This document shows, in pieces, positions 13,655 through 26,982 of a stretch of 64,000 nt of DNA. Position 1 is the stretch's first letter. Each line of letters starts with the position of its first letter. Made by a program: the position numbers and the translations under genes. The DNA is from Octopus vulgaris (lineage: Eukaryota). The stretch is from NCBI GenBank assembly GCA_951406725.2, contig OX597822.1:78244001-78308000 (forward strand), read 5' to 3'. The notes beneath the pieces are model-generated. The model did no database searches, had not been told where the DNA came from, and saw only the letters and a list, made by a program, of their open reading frames with translations.

Positions 13655-16325
13655 AGATGTGTGTGTATGCGTGAGTGTGTGCGTGTGCGTGTGTGTATGT
13701 GTGTGTGTGAGGCGAGGTAAAAAAACAAAAAATATATGTATGTGTTAGTGTGTGCGTCTGTGTGTAGGCGTGTGAGGTAGGGCGAGACGGTGGTCAGCAT
13801 AGCAGCAGCATAGCAGACAAAGGTCAGTAGTGAGAAAAGGGAGGAAGGAGGAAGGGAGGGAGGGGAAGGGGTGGGGGCGTATGTAGCGTGCCAGCGTGTG
13901 TTGAGTAGTAGTGTGTGTGTGTGTCCAGTGTCGTGGTAGTATTAGTGGCGAGTAGATTGAATGTGTGTAAGAGTGATGTATATGTTTAAGCAATGTGTGT
14001 ATATGTGTGCGCGTGTGTGTAACGAAAAAAAGGGGGGGGGGTAGGAAAAGGACTCCAGCGGAGGGGAAGATGGAAGAGTGGTCCCGCGGAGACGGGCGTG
14101 GGAAAACCCAACGACAAGCGACATCCCAGGAACGGGCGGGAGGTCTCGTCGGGTCCAAGGGCGAGGTGCATGCGGGCGCATGCGTGCGCGAACCGGCGCA
14201 AACGCGTGTGTGCGCGAGCCTGCGAGTGTGCGCGTACGTATGTGTGCGTGTGGATGTGTGAGTGTGTCTGTGTGTATGTCTGGGTGGCAGTGTGTCCGAT
14301 GAATGTATGTGAGTATGTGTGTATATATGTGTGTGCATAGATGTATGTCCGTGTGTGTGTGTGTGTGTGTATGTGTGTATGAGTGTGTATGTATGTACGT
14401 GTGGGTGTGGGGAAGTGTGTGTATGTGCATGTGTGTGCGCGAACATACAGGTGTGTGAGTGAGTGCGTGTGTGTGTATGTATGTGTGAGTGTGTATGTAT
14501 GTGTGTGTAGGATGCATGTATGTGTATGGGTGTATGTATGCGTGTGTGTATGTATGTATGTGTACGTGCGTGTGTGTGTGTGTATGCGTGTAGGTGTGCG
14601 CGTGTGCATGCGTGCATGTATGTGCGTATGTGTGTGTGTGTGCATGTGTGTGGGTATATATGTGTGTGCGTATATGTGTGTGTATGTGCGTACATGTGTG
14701 TGTGTGTGCATGTGTGTGTGTAGGTGTGTAGGCGTGTGTGTATAGGTGTATGTATGTAAGTATGTATGGGTGTGTCCGTGTATGTGTGTATGTATGTGTG
14801 TGTATGTAGCTGTGTGGGCGTGTGTATATGTGTGTGTATGTAGGTGTGTAGGCGTGTGTATATAGGTGTATGTATGTATGTCTGGGTGTGTCCGTGCATG
14901 TTTGTGTGTGTGTGTGTGTGCATGTGTATGTAGGTGTGTGTGTACGTGTGTAATGTATGTGTGTATGCGTGTGTATGCGTGCGTGTGTGTATGTAGGTGC
15001 GTGTGTATGTGTGTGGGAGTGTAGGTGTGTGTGTGCGTGTGCGTGTTTATGTTGGTGTGTGCGTATGTGAGTGTGAGTGTATGAGTGTTTGTCATGCATG
15101 TGTGTGCGCGTGCAGGTGAGTGTGTGTGTAAGTATGTGTGTGTGTATGTTTGTGTGAGTGTGTATGTGTGTATGTCTGTGTGTATGTATGTGCGTATAGG
15201 AGTATGTAGGTATGTGTGTGTGTATGTATATGGGTGTATGTATGTGTGTGTGTGTGCATGTGTATAAGTATATGCGTGTGTGCGTATGTGTGTGTATGTG
15301 TATGTGTGTGTGTTTATGTATGTGTGTATGTATGTGTGTAGGCGTGAGTGTGTAGATGTATCTATGTATGGGTGTGTGTCAGTGTGTGTTTGTGTGTGTG
15401 TAGGTAGATGTGTGTGTCTGAGTGAGGGTATGGCTGTGTAGGTGTGTGTGTGTATGAATGTAAGTGTGTGCGTATACAAGTGTAATGTATGTATGTGGGT
15501 GTGTGTGTGTGTGTATGTGTACGTGTGCGTGTGTATGTGTGTGTGTGTATGCGTGTGAGTGTGGGTGTATGGGTGTATGTCTGTGTGTGTGTATGTCTGA
15601 AGTGGGTATGTGTGTGTATGTATGTATGTGTGTGTGTGTGCGGGTATGTGTGTGTGTGTATGTGTGTGTGTGAGTAGGTGTGCGTGTATGTAAGTGGGTA
15701 GGGATGCATGCGAGTGTGTGGGTATGTATGCAAACATACGCAAGCGCACATCCGAAGCAAGCCCACACACACGAAGCGCGCTCACGCACACAACGCACAA
15801 GCAGTGCAACGCAAGCCCAAAGGGGCCGACCGAGCCCCCAGCGCGCGCCAAGGCGCGCGAGCGCAAAGGCCCTCGAACGCCCCGCTACGCGGGAACCGAG
15901 GATCCATCAGCCAAAACCGGAAGCAGAAAAGAGGGGGGGGGCTGCCTGGATGCAAAAAGGTGTATGTGTGTGTGCATTCAGTGTACGGGTGTGCATGTGT
16001 GGGTATGTATGTATGTATGTATGTGCCTACATGTATGTGTGCATGTGTGTGTGTGTGAGGTATGTACGTGCGGTGTGTGTGTGTGTGAGTGTGTGTGTAT
16101 GTATGTATGTGTGTGTGTATGTGTGTGTGTGTGTATGTATGTCTGTGTGTGTGTGTGTGTGTAAGTATGTATGCGTGTGTGTATGTATGTGTGTGTGTAT
16201 GTGCATGTGTGTCTGTAAGTGTGTGTGATTAAATGTGTGAATGTATGTACGTAGATGGGTCTACGTATGTGTGTGTGAACAGGCGTGTGGGAGGTAGGTA
16301 GGTGGGTGGGTGTGTGTGGGTGGAA
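13655..16325. repeat. 2.7-kb degenerate GT/GTAT low-complexity tract with two GC-rich islands
   Basis: Direct reading; source of the spurious 392, 385 and 626 aa ORFs. Confidence 0.9.
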
Positions 16326-17549
16326 AATATTTTGACAAATTAAACTTAAATGTTGAAGTGAATCGAACGGCTTTTGTGTGTTTCTTAAATGGCTTATAAA
16401 CACCTTCCACGCTGCAATTGTTTTCGTTTCAGCACACGATCTCAGATCAAATTACTTGCTATGCGGGTACATCTCCGTAATATATATATATACATATATA
16501 TCAGGGGCGTGCACTCTCAGGTATGCAAGGTATGCGTTGCATGCCCTGTGATTTTTTTATCCATATGATCGGAAAATTAGATAAAATAGTTACTTTGTTT
16601 CAAAGAAAATCCATCCAGTTGTATTTTGTCTCCCCTTCCCTCTCAGTGACTCTACTTCTGCTTTTAGAAGTCATGCATTGACAAGACCAGCATGTCAGAC
16701 ACTCCCTCTCTGTCTCAGTTTGTCCTTCCTTCCTCTCTCTCTCACTCTTAGCGACTTGTTTAAAAGACATGCTAAGAGGATAGGGCATTTGAAATATTTT
16801 TACCCCCTTCCTCTTTCTCTTAGTGGCTATGCTGTGGGACGACCCGCATGACCTCCCTCTCTGTCTCTTAGTTTGTCCCTCTTTCCTCTCTCTCTCTTAG
16901 TGAATTGATAAAACAGATGCTAGGAGGAAAGGTCGTTCATAATATTTTGTACCCCCTTCCTCTTTCTCTCAGTGGCATGTCATGCTATGAGCTGACCGCA
17001 TGATACCCTCTTTCTGTATCTTTCTGTTTTGTTGAAATTGACTTACAATTTACGCCGGCGCTTCCACGTGTGTGTTCGTATATAAGAACAGCCTTTTACG
17101 AAATCAGTGAAATGTGTGTTATAAACGATATTTTGAGAAATAGTTTTTCGAAAGGAGAATTCGATGGAAAATAATTAATTATATCGGTGGGAGACCAACA
17201 CCGAAAAGGGCTAATGCATTAGATAACATTGTTAAAAAAAAGATTTCCGAAGGCAACAGCCTCACGGCTTATTATTACCACAAAGGAAAATTATCATTTC
17301 ATAATCAGCCTTTTAGAGCACATCATTGAAAATCCTGAAGCATGGGATGATACCACCATAAATTCAGCAATTGGATTCTTGCAAACTTTAAAAGCTCCTG
17401 GTTTCTTATTTTTGTTAGAAGTATTCAGTGAGATTTTTTCTTTTTTCATATTTAACATCCTCCAGAGTAAAAGTCATGACATAGTGTATTGTAAAGATCA
17501 AATAGATAAAACTAGAACTGTACTCGAAAACAAACTTGATAATTTTTCA

Positions 17550-17870
17550 ATCTCTTTTACTTGTTTCAGTCATTTGACTGCGGCCATGCTGGAGCACCGC
17601 CTTTAATCGAGCAACTCGACCCCGGGACTTATTCTATCGGTCTATTTTGCCGAACCGCTAAGTAACGGGGAGATAAACACACCAGCATCGGTTGCCAAGC
17701 AATGCTAGGGGGACAAACACAGACGCACAAACACACACACGCATATATATACATATATACCACGGGCTTCTTTCAGTTTCCGTCTACCAAATCCACTCAC
17801 AAGGCTTTGATCGGCCCGAGACTATAGTAGAAGACCCTTGCCCAAGGTGCCACGCAGTGGAACTGAGCCC
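17550..17870 (-). mobile_element. tRNA-derived SINE family B (head GGCGCAGGCGTGGCTGTGTGGTAAGAAG; tail CAGCATGGCCGCAGTCAAATGACTGAAACAAGTAAAAGA). Further copies near 10040-10770(-), 21670-22715(+), 24066-25700(+), 38408-38815(+), 39232-39770(+), 43998-44190(+), 47545-47720(+), 48530-48845(-), 49110-49445(+), 50480-50830(+), 54540-54945(+), 57545-57770(-), 59000-59405(+), 61705-61990(+)
   Basis: Dispersed near-identical copies with A/B-box-like head (GGTTCAGTCCC) and an internal microsatellite. Boundaries approximate. Confidence 0.85.
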
Positions 17871-18093
17871 GGGGGGAAAAATATGGAGTCGATGCAGGAA
17901 TCGGAATTCAGAGATCCAAGAATATATCTATTGAGCCCCAACGACATTATAAAATGCTTTATAACAAAATTATCAGTACAATAGTTGACCAAATAAAAGC
18001 ACGATATTCATCCTTAGAAGAGTTTAAATTCATGGAACTTTCGAATTTCAACAAATTTGATGAGTATTGCAAACAATTTAAAAATCATGAGTA

Positions 18094-18337
18094 CTATTTA
18101 AGAAGAGTGGTCCCGGTGCGCGCACCCGAGCATCCACGCCAGCTAGTCGTGACTAGTCGATCCTTACTTTGTGTTTTATTTACTTTGTTTAAAACATTAT
18201 TTACTTTGTGTTTTTGTGTTTTATATATTTTATTTAAAAAATTTATTTACTTTGCTAGATAGTCGTAGGATCGACTAGTCACGACTAGCCAGCGCGGATG
18301 CGCGAGCGCGCGCAACGGGACCACTCTTCTTAAATAG
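18094..18337. mobile_element. MITE with long (about 75 bp) TIRs, flanked by TA
   Basis: TA-CTATTTAAGAAGAGTGGTCCCG...CGGGACCACTCTTCTTAAATAG-TA; inner CTAGTCGTGACTAGTCGATCCT is also inverted. Confidence 0.85.
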
Positions 18338-18955
18338 TACCAGGGCGACGTTTTTTTTTGTTAATTCTAGGTCATACGGGGTTGATTGCATATTCAGAAT
18401 CTCCCATATGTAAATCGTAGGAATTCGAAAATTTTTTTTACTGAAAAATTGCCCGGGGGGGGGGCAAAGAAATTCATTGCATGCCCAGCCCCGGAAGTCA
18501 CCGCACGCCACTGATATATATATATAAACCTACATACATACACCCATACATACATACATACATAAATACATACATACATACATACATACATACATACATA
18601 CATACATACATACATACATACATACATACATAAGTAATGGCTGTCCACTAGTGACCGAGGAAATTCATCTCTGACCGTTGCCTGTGCTGAATAGACCCTG
18701 TGCCTGTGCCTCTCGACCCTGCTCACAAGATACAGAGATAAGCCAGGGCCAGAAGTGACAATATGAGTTGCAGGATCAGAAATGTCGAAGCGTCATGATC
18801 TCAAGCGTAAGATAAGGATCCCCAAATAGTCCAATACCATTCCCTGCATATCTTGTTTTTGCATTAGAGTGACCTTCTCCTAGTGACATACTTTAACAAA
18901 ATCGGAGGTGCGCTTCACCCCCCTGTACTCTTCCAATATGCCAGACACCAGCCCA

Positions 18956-18996
<41 letters not shown>

Positions 18997-19219
18997 CATA
19001 CATGCGCACACATCCACACGCGCGCGCGGGATGGACTTTCACAGATTTTCTGTCTACTAAACTCATTCCCAAGGCATTTGTCAGCCCGGAACAATAGTAG
19101 AAGACACTTGCGCAATTTCTTTTTCAGGATTTTAGTGCGTGTGTGTGTGTGAGAGAGAGAGAGAGTGCGCGCAAGCTCAGCGTCTTAGAAACGGATATAA
19201 AAATAGGAGAGATGAAAAG

Positions 19220-19240
19220 ATAATAATAACAATAATGATG

Positions 19241-19326
<86 letters not shown>

Positions 19327-19400
19327 AAGAAGAAGAAGAAGAAGAAGAAGAAGACTTATAGTAGTAGTAAAAATATTAATAGTAGTACTATTACTACAAC

Positions 19401-19456
<56 letters not shown>

Positions 19457-19470
19457 ATGATAATAATAGC
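19220..19470. repeat. Compound trinucleotide microsatellite (AAT)n(AAG)n(AGT)n
   Basis: Direct reading. Confidence 0.95.
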
Positions 19471-20235
19471 AAAATAAAAGAAGAAGAAGAGAAAAACAAT
19501 GTAACAAGTTGTAAACAATGGCGGATGTTGTCCGTTTTCTATCTCATATTTTCATTCCATGTTTACTATGAATGGTATTGGTAGTTTTGGTCTGCTGTGT
19601 CTTGGAGATAATGAAGAAGAAATAATTCTTTGATGGTACCGTTCACTAAAATACACCCACCCACACACATACATAATATATGCATATACATATACACACA
19701 CACACACTGGTACTTATAGACGTCACACACGCACACAGCCAGAAACCGCATATACAAATGTTTTTAAATGCACATAAAAACTATATGTACTGACACGCAT
19801 GCGCACATAAACTCACTCACTCTCTCTCACACACACACACATGCACATACACAAACACACATTTAGATACACATGCACACAGGTGCATATACACATGCAA
19901 GCACAAACCAAAACACACATAGATAATTGCATACATGCATGCGCAGAAAGATATGTAGATATGTACACACACACACACGTACACATGCATGCACAAACAC
20001 GCATGCACACACACACACATGCGCGCGCACACACACACACGCACGCACATACACATACACACACACGCACGGAAACACACAAATGCTAGCACAAAGGTAC
20101 GTACATGCCCACCTACTGAAGCATCCGTACAATTTTTCTTTTCGTAAACAACTCCTTATATGATTAAATAAACGCTATCGTTGATTTATACACAATCATT
20201 CCATATAAATTAGTGTTAATGTGTATGTATATTTG

Positions 20236-20286
<51 letters not shown>

Positions 20287-20582
20287 CTCTCTCCCTCTCT
20301 CTCTCTCTATATATATATATACATATATGTAGATATATATATATATATGTATGTATGTATATATATATATATATGTATGTATGTATATATGTTTGTATGT
20401 ATACTCTACTCTCTCTTTTACTCTTTTACTTGTTTCAGTCATTTGACTGCGGCCATGCTGGAGCACCGCCTTTAGTCGGGTAAATCGAGCCCAGGACCTT
20501 TTCTTTGTAAGCCATGTGATTGGTAAGCTAGCTACTTACCACACCTCCACTCCTGCGCCTGTATATATTTTAGTGTAATATA

Positions 20583-21234
20583 TGGCAGGAAGCATGTCCG
20601 TACCAGCGAGTGCTATGAGATGGGAGGCCACTGGCTAATGAGTGCGCACACGCAGTTCTTTGTTGGAAAAATAATGGTACCATCAGATGGTATCATCGAT
20701 GGTTTTCAGGTCTCTGCTATCGAAGCCGTCGATCCATGTTTGCCAGGGTCTTCGTGAAAGGCCACGTTTCTGCTCCATAATGGATAACGGAGAGGACCGG
20801 CTTTTTGTAGATGCGGAGTTTCGTGTTCCGGGAGATAGAGCAGTGACGCCAAAGGGACTTTCATAGGGAGTACATGGCCCGGGTAGCCAGACAAGATATG
20901 TGGTTGATTTCCGGTGTCAGGTTTCTATTGTTGGTGACTGTAGAGCCCAGGTAGACAAAGAAGCTAACAGACTCCACCAGAGCATCACTCGCATTCGACG
21001 GAGCAGCTGCGAGCTGGAAGCGGTCCCGTGACAGGCTCTGCAGCAGATGACTGGGCGTCATTAACGAAGATCTCCAGAGGTTCGACGTCACCTTGGAGGA
21101 TGCAGAGGTGTGGAATGGAACCGCCAGGGTTGGAGAGCACAGATGGACCTGGTCGGCTCTACGCGTGATGACGTCTCTGTGACGGTTGACCTGAGAACAA
21201 GCAATAGCATGAAGAAAGCAAGACGCAAGCAAGC
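20583..21234. mobile_element. RTE-clade LINE fragment with 5' inversion
   Basis: Minus strand VESVSFFVYLGS..TKLRIY..YGAETW..RWYGH; plus strand WKRSRDRLCSR*LGVINEDL with a GCAA-repeat tail; AATATA on both flanks. Confidence 0.75.
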
Positions 21235-21541
21235 AATATAAGGATCCTTAGAATCGTGTGTCTATCATAGAGTTGAAGCATTGGGGTCACCATGATGTCC
21301 TGGTAATCTGATGAGCTAGCTCTCTTAATCTGCACTAATTTGTAAATATACATTTATATTGCATAGCATGCATATTAGTGCAGACTTCAAAACATAATCT
21401 ATTATACACTGAAATTATTATTACATAAAAAAGGCTGTGAAACAGCCATAAACCTAAAAATGACAAGCGGTTAAATAAATCTATTCACCTCTCATAACTC
21501 CTGACTTTTTATGGTGTACGTATGCATCTGTCTGTCTCCCT

Positions 21542-21589
<48 letters not shown>

Positions 21590-21840
21590 ATATATATAAG
21601 CACACTCATATATATGCATATACATAAATAGATACATACATATATAAATGTATGTATATATGTATGTACAGGCGCAGGCGTGACTGTGGTAAGAAGGTTA
21701 CTTCCCAACCACGTTGTTCCGGGTTCAGTCCCACTGCGTGGCTTCTTGGGCAAGTGTCTTCTACTGTAGCCTTGGGCCGACCAAAGCCTTGTGAGTGGAT
21801 TTGGCAGACAGAAACTGAAAGAAGCCCGTCATATATAGAC

Positions 21841-21908
<68 letters not shown>

Positions 21909-22451
21909 TGATGACGTCCCGTTCCACTTGATTAAAGCCACCTAACGAAACGATTGGTCAAAACATTGATGACGTCACGCTACGCTAGATTGACCACCTA
22001 ACAGGCATTATAAAACCAAGCATTTCACAAAAAATCACTAGAACCACCCAGCGAACTTCCACCATGGGTCATCACAATTGCTTAAGGTAAAAATGAATTC
22101 CTCGCTCTTTCGGAAACATCAATCTTCTGTATTGACCGCTTTCCACCACTTTGATCTGTTTTTTGTATTGAATACGTATCGCCACCGTGGGCCACTGCAT
22201 CGAACACTTTGAAATATACTTCAAACTATATATCAACTATACATGAACTATATATCAACTATACATGAACTCTAAGATGTCTGACTCCGTTGTGTATTAT
22301 AAATGAATTTCTTGTGTTTGACGGCATGAGCTGTCTCTTTTTATATATAACTTTTTTTGATAAGGTTCATTTCAGGAACTGAAACATGTTATAATGTATA
22401 TATAAAAATTAAAAATTGTATAATACAACAGCATTTTCGAACTTCATTTTT

Positions 22452-22495
<44 letters not shown>

Positions 22496-22949
22496 TATTT
22501 GCATTTGCGTGTTTATTTGTTTCCCCCCACCCAACTGTCACTTGACAATCGATGTTGGTGTGTTTACGTCCCTATAACTTAGTGGCTCGGCAAAATAGAG
22601 CAATAGAATAAGTACTAGGTTTACAAAGAATAAGTCATGATGTCGGTTTGTTCGACTAAAGGCGGTGCTCCAGCATGGCCGCAGTCAAATGACTGAAATA
22701 AGTAAAACAATAAAAGAACACACACACACACACACACACATACACACACACACACACACAAACATACACACATACGTATACATATTTTAAATCGACAAGA
22801 GCAGTATAGTGAAGTTGTCACAGGAGGTGGAAAATCAAACGTTTCGGGCGAGATCCTTCTTCATACCTGTATGTATGTATGTATGTATGTATGTATGTAT
22901 GTATGTATGTATGTATGAACGTATGTATGTATGTATGTATGTGTATATA

Positions 22950-22987
<38 letters not shown>

Positions 22988-24000
22988 CACGTATATACAC
23001 AGATTTATATATATAAACACATACACACACACGTATATATATATATATATATATATATATACGTGTGTGTGTATATATATATATATATGTATGTGTATGT
23101 GTGCGTGTGTATGTATGTATGTATGTATGTATGTATGTATGTATGCATGTATGTAGGTATGTATGTATGTACGTACGTATGTATATACGTCCGTATGAAC
23201 ATGCATTTCTGAAATATATATATATATATATCAAACCTAGCATAGAAATAATGGTTGATACTGTTATACAAAAGTCCTTCCAACTGTTAACTTTAGTTGC
23301 AATCTCTTGGGACTTAAACTTAGAATGTCTAATTTTCTCATCTCTATAAATCTCATTTCTTCTTCCTACTTTAGATATCAATACTGTTCGTGTTATTCAT
23401 ATTGACAAAAATATCTGCAGTCGATGAAATAACTTTAAGAAAAGCCAGAATGGAAGTATAGTATTTTATCGTCTGCTTCTTAATGGCGTCGCATAACTTC
23501 CGATGATAATACTTCGACTTCGCTTTTGGCTTTCGCTTAGATTTTGTGGTTTGCTGGCTACTGAGTGTTCTTTAATCTGATCGTCTTAAATCAATTCCTT
23601 TTTGTTAGCTCTTACCGAATGACCAGAAGCGTTTCAAGCTGTTATTTTATTTTTCATTTTTTTCCCCTCCACAGCAAATCAAATAAAGATTGAAGTGAAC
23701 AAATGGGGGGAAGGAATGTTACATATTTATGTACGTACAAATCCATACAAATTTGTGTGTGCGTGTGTATGTGTGTGCGTGTGTGTGCGTGAGAGAGAGA
23801 GGGGGGAGAGTGAGTGAAAGAGAGAAAGAAAGAGAGAGTGAGTGTGCATGCGTGCATGTTTGCGTGAGCGTATATATGGATATACTTGAAATATGCATAA
23901 AGCATATCAGAATATGTAAATATACGCATACGCAATCGCACGTATAAGTATGTATATATATATATATATATATACATATGCGTGTGTGTGTGTGTGTATG

Positions 24001-24064
<64 letters not shown>

Positions 24065-24216
24065 TATGAGTGGCTGTGTGGTAAGTAGCTTGCGTAGCAC
24101 CTTGGGCGAGTGTCTTCTACTATTGCCTCGGGCCGACCAAACCCTTGTGAGTGGATTTGGCAGTCGGAAACTGAAAGAAGCTCGTCATATATATGTATAT
24201 ATATATATATATATAT

Positions 24217-25405
24217 TGTTACGGTTGGCTAAGTGCATTTCGGGTTTAGTTAGTGTAGTGTTTCTGTTGACCCACATAGGAATAATGGCACCATCATGTC
24301 TGGTGAAAATGTGACAGGTTCTTGTTTAATGGGTTTTGGAAGGACCTTTGCCCTTGTGCCGGTCGAGAAAGGGTCAGTGAAGAAGTAAGAGAAAAGGGAC
24401 AGATTAAGGGCTGAGAGCAAATAGAGATAGGGTATAAGCAGTAGGGGACGGATGGAGAGGCTAAGAGACAGCAGGCGATATAGATAGAGTAAGGAATCAG
24501 ATAGCAAATAGAAAGGCTAAGAGACAGCAGGCGATATAGATAGGGTATAAGGACCAGGGCAGTTGGAGAGGGTAAGAGCGATATAGACAGAGGGAGATGA
24601 AGGGAGTGGAAGAAGGACAGAGACGAAGTGAGGTCTGGCAGTTCGCAGTTGGTCGTCAGGAAGGACGGATCTGGGTAGTTGGTAGCTGGTCGTCAAGAAG
24701 GGGAGTCGTTGAGCGGTCGTCAGAGAACACAGACGGATCTTGGACAGATCAGCAGGGATCTTGGAGTTCTTAGGAGCGAGCTGGGATGCGAGAAAGCTTG
24801 GCGGCACTGATTGGGATATATGCAGAGGGGATATGTACAGAAGGATTAGCAGTATCCAGAGATGAGCGCAGAATGGGACACTGGCGATGCAATTGGGAAT
24901 TGAGGTATGTGATTGTGCATTGATATGTGTCACGGTGTATCGGACAGTGGAAAGAACAGTCAAGGACTCTGTCGATGTAGTCGATAAAGAACATTGTGAA
25001 TTGAAGAGTAAAGGACTTGTTGATGTGACGTTATCTGTGATGTGTACCTTTGAAATACTGTATATGACTTGTTGTGTCTCCGGACTGATATATTGTTACA
25101 TGATGTTGTTAAATGCATTGATCTGTGGTATACCCGTATGATGTATTGATTTGTTGTTTGCTTTAAATGTATTTGATGTGTAGCAATTGATTGTCGTATA
25201 AACTGTTGTTTGAATATAAGCCAGTGTTGCCAGTTGTTGCCTTGCCTCTTTGGGTTGTATCTCGGGTTGTGCCTCTGTATCTCTGTGCTGTTGAGGTTGT
25301 AGCAGTATCTATCTGTGTCTCCTCTCTCCGCCTCTTTGGGTTCCGTGGCGGAACTTGTGCGAGCCGTTCGGGACGGGCGACGACGGGGGATTCCGTTCCG
25401 TAACA
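24217..25405. mobile_element. Probable solo LTR (1189 bp) inserted into the (TA)n of a SINE B copy
   Basis: TGTTACGG...CCGTAACA termini (TG..CA, 8-bp inverted repeat), ATAT on both flanks, SINE sequence resumes on the other side, no credible ORF. Confidence 0.75.
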
Positions 25406-25485
<80 letters not shown>

Positions 25486-25725
25486 GTATGGTGTGTGTGT
25501 GTGTGTGTCTGTGTTTGTTCCCCCAACATCGCTTGACAACCAATGCTGGTGTGTTTACGTCCCCGTAACTTAGCGGTTCGGCAAAAGAGAACGATAGAAT
25601 AAGTACTGGGCTTCCAAAGAATAAGTCCCGGGGTCGATTTGCTCGACTAAAGTCAGTGCTCTAGCATGGCCGCAGTCAAATGACTGAAACAAGTAAAAGA
25701 GAAAAAATATATATGTATGTATGTA

Positions 25726-25772
<47 letters not shown>

Positions 25773-25959
25773 GCACGCACACACATAAAACAATATAGTT
25801 TTTGTTACTTACATGCTTGTTCGTATACTAAATAAAGTAGTTGATACTTCGGAAAGTATTGCTTAAATGTGTAAGGGTGTGTGCGCGTGCGCGTTGCCGT
25901 TTAAGTCGATTGACCTCTACCCATAAATTTCAGGCCTTGTGTGGTTGTGTTAGAAACTA

Positions 25960-26375
25960 TTATTATTTATTTATTTATTGCTCACAGGGGAGGCTAAACA
26001 AAGAGGAGGCAAACAAGGACAAAGAGATTAAGTCGATTAGATCGACCCCAGTACGTAACTTATTTAATCGACCCCGAAAGAATGAAAAGCATAGTCGACC
26101 TCGGCGGAATTTGAACTCAGAACGTAGCGGCAGGCGAAATATCTATTTCTTTACTGCCCACAAGGGGCTACACACAGAGGGGACAAACAAGGACAGACAA
26201 ACGGATTAAGTCGATTAGATCGACCCCAGTGCGTACCTAGTACTTATTTAATCTACTCCGAAAGGATGAAAGGCATAGTCGACCTCGGCGGAATTTGAAC
26301 TCAGAACGTAGCGACTGAAGAAATACCGCTAAGCATTTTGCCCGGCGTGCTAACGATTCTGCCAGCTCGCCGCCC
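25960..26375 (-). mobile_element. Tandem array of SINE A subfamily units
   Basis: Repeated unit of about 180 bp including the tail TAATCCGTTTGTCTGTCCTTGTTTGTCCCCTCTGTG..AAAGAAATAG (read on the minus strand). Confidence 0.8.
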
Positions 26376-26982
26376 TTGGGACTTACTGCAAGCCTATAAG
26401 CTATTGAATCATTATTATTTTGAGATCTGAAGAAAATCTGGAGCAGAGAGGACATGCTATTGATGAAGTAGCGAATGACAGATCGATTCACTAACTGAAA
26501 GATTAATTAAAAATTCAATTAGTTACTTGAAATATTGACTAATTGAGAAATAAATAATTAAGAAGTGAAATAGAGCCAGTGCATGTGTTTATTATTGGAA
26601 TAATAACCCTCCCGAGATACAACAAAATATATTTCAACACACGAGTTCACGTCACGGATCTTGCAGACCAAATACGAAAACAATAAAAAGTCGTTTAAGT
26701 CTTAAAGCCAAAATGTATCCCTAGAGGGAGATTTTGTGTACTAATCGTCTTGATAATCTCCGTTTACCGCATTTCTTTTTTTGTGGTGTCTTACTTCAGC
26801 CATACTGTTAATTCCATATCAGTTATATACTAGTTGTAACGCTCGAGGTCTAGTGGTTAGGGTGTTGCACTCACAATCGCTAGATTGTAGTTTCGATTCC
26901 CGGGCCGGGTGGTGCATTTTGTTCTTGATCACAACACTTAATTTCACATTTCAAGTTGTTTCTCTTCACTCAAGTGCAAATG

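Larger units (their letters stand above)
16502..18513 (+). mobile_element. Internally deleted hAT transposon (ZMYM1-like transposase relic) with nested SINE and MITE
   Basis: TIRs CAGGGGCGTGC / GCACGCCACTG flanked by ATATATAT; relic ORFs KKRFPKATASR..WDDTTINSAIGFLQTLK..FLFLLEVFSEIF and YNKIISTIVDQIKARYS; degenerate internal direct repeats at 16620-17020. Confidence 0.85.

Noticed and set aside
13745-16228. Long ORFs of 392, 385, 626 and 182 aa rich in His/Thr or Val/Cys
   Set aside because: Translations of (CA)n/(TACA)n repeats that lack stops by construction; no domain and no splice support
26842-26905. tRNA-like sequence (gtctagtggttagg..gtttcgattccc); also heads at about 21670, 38408 and 46993
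   Set aside because: SINE heads that continue into repeat bodies; no intact cloverleaf that I can fold
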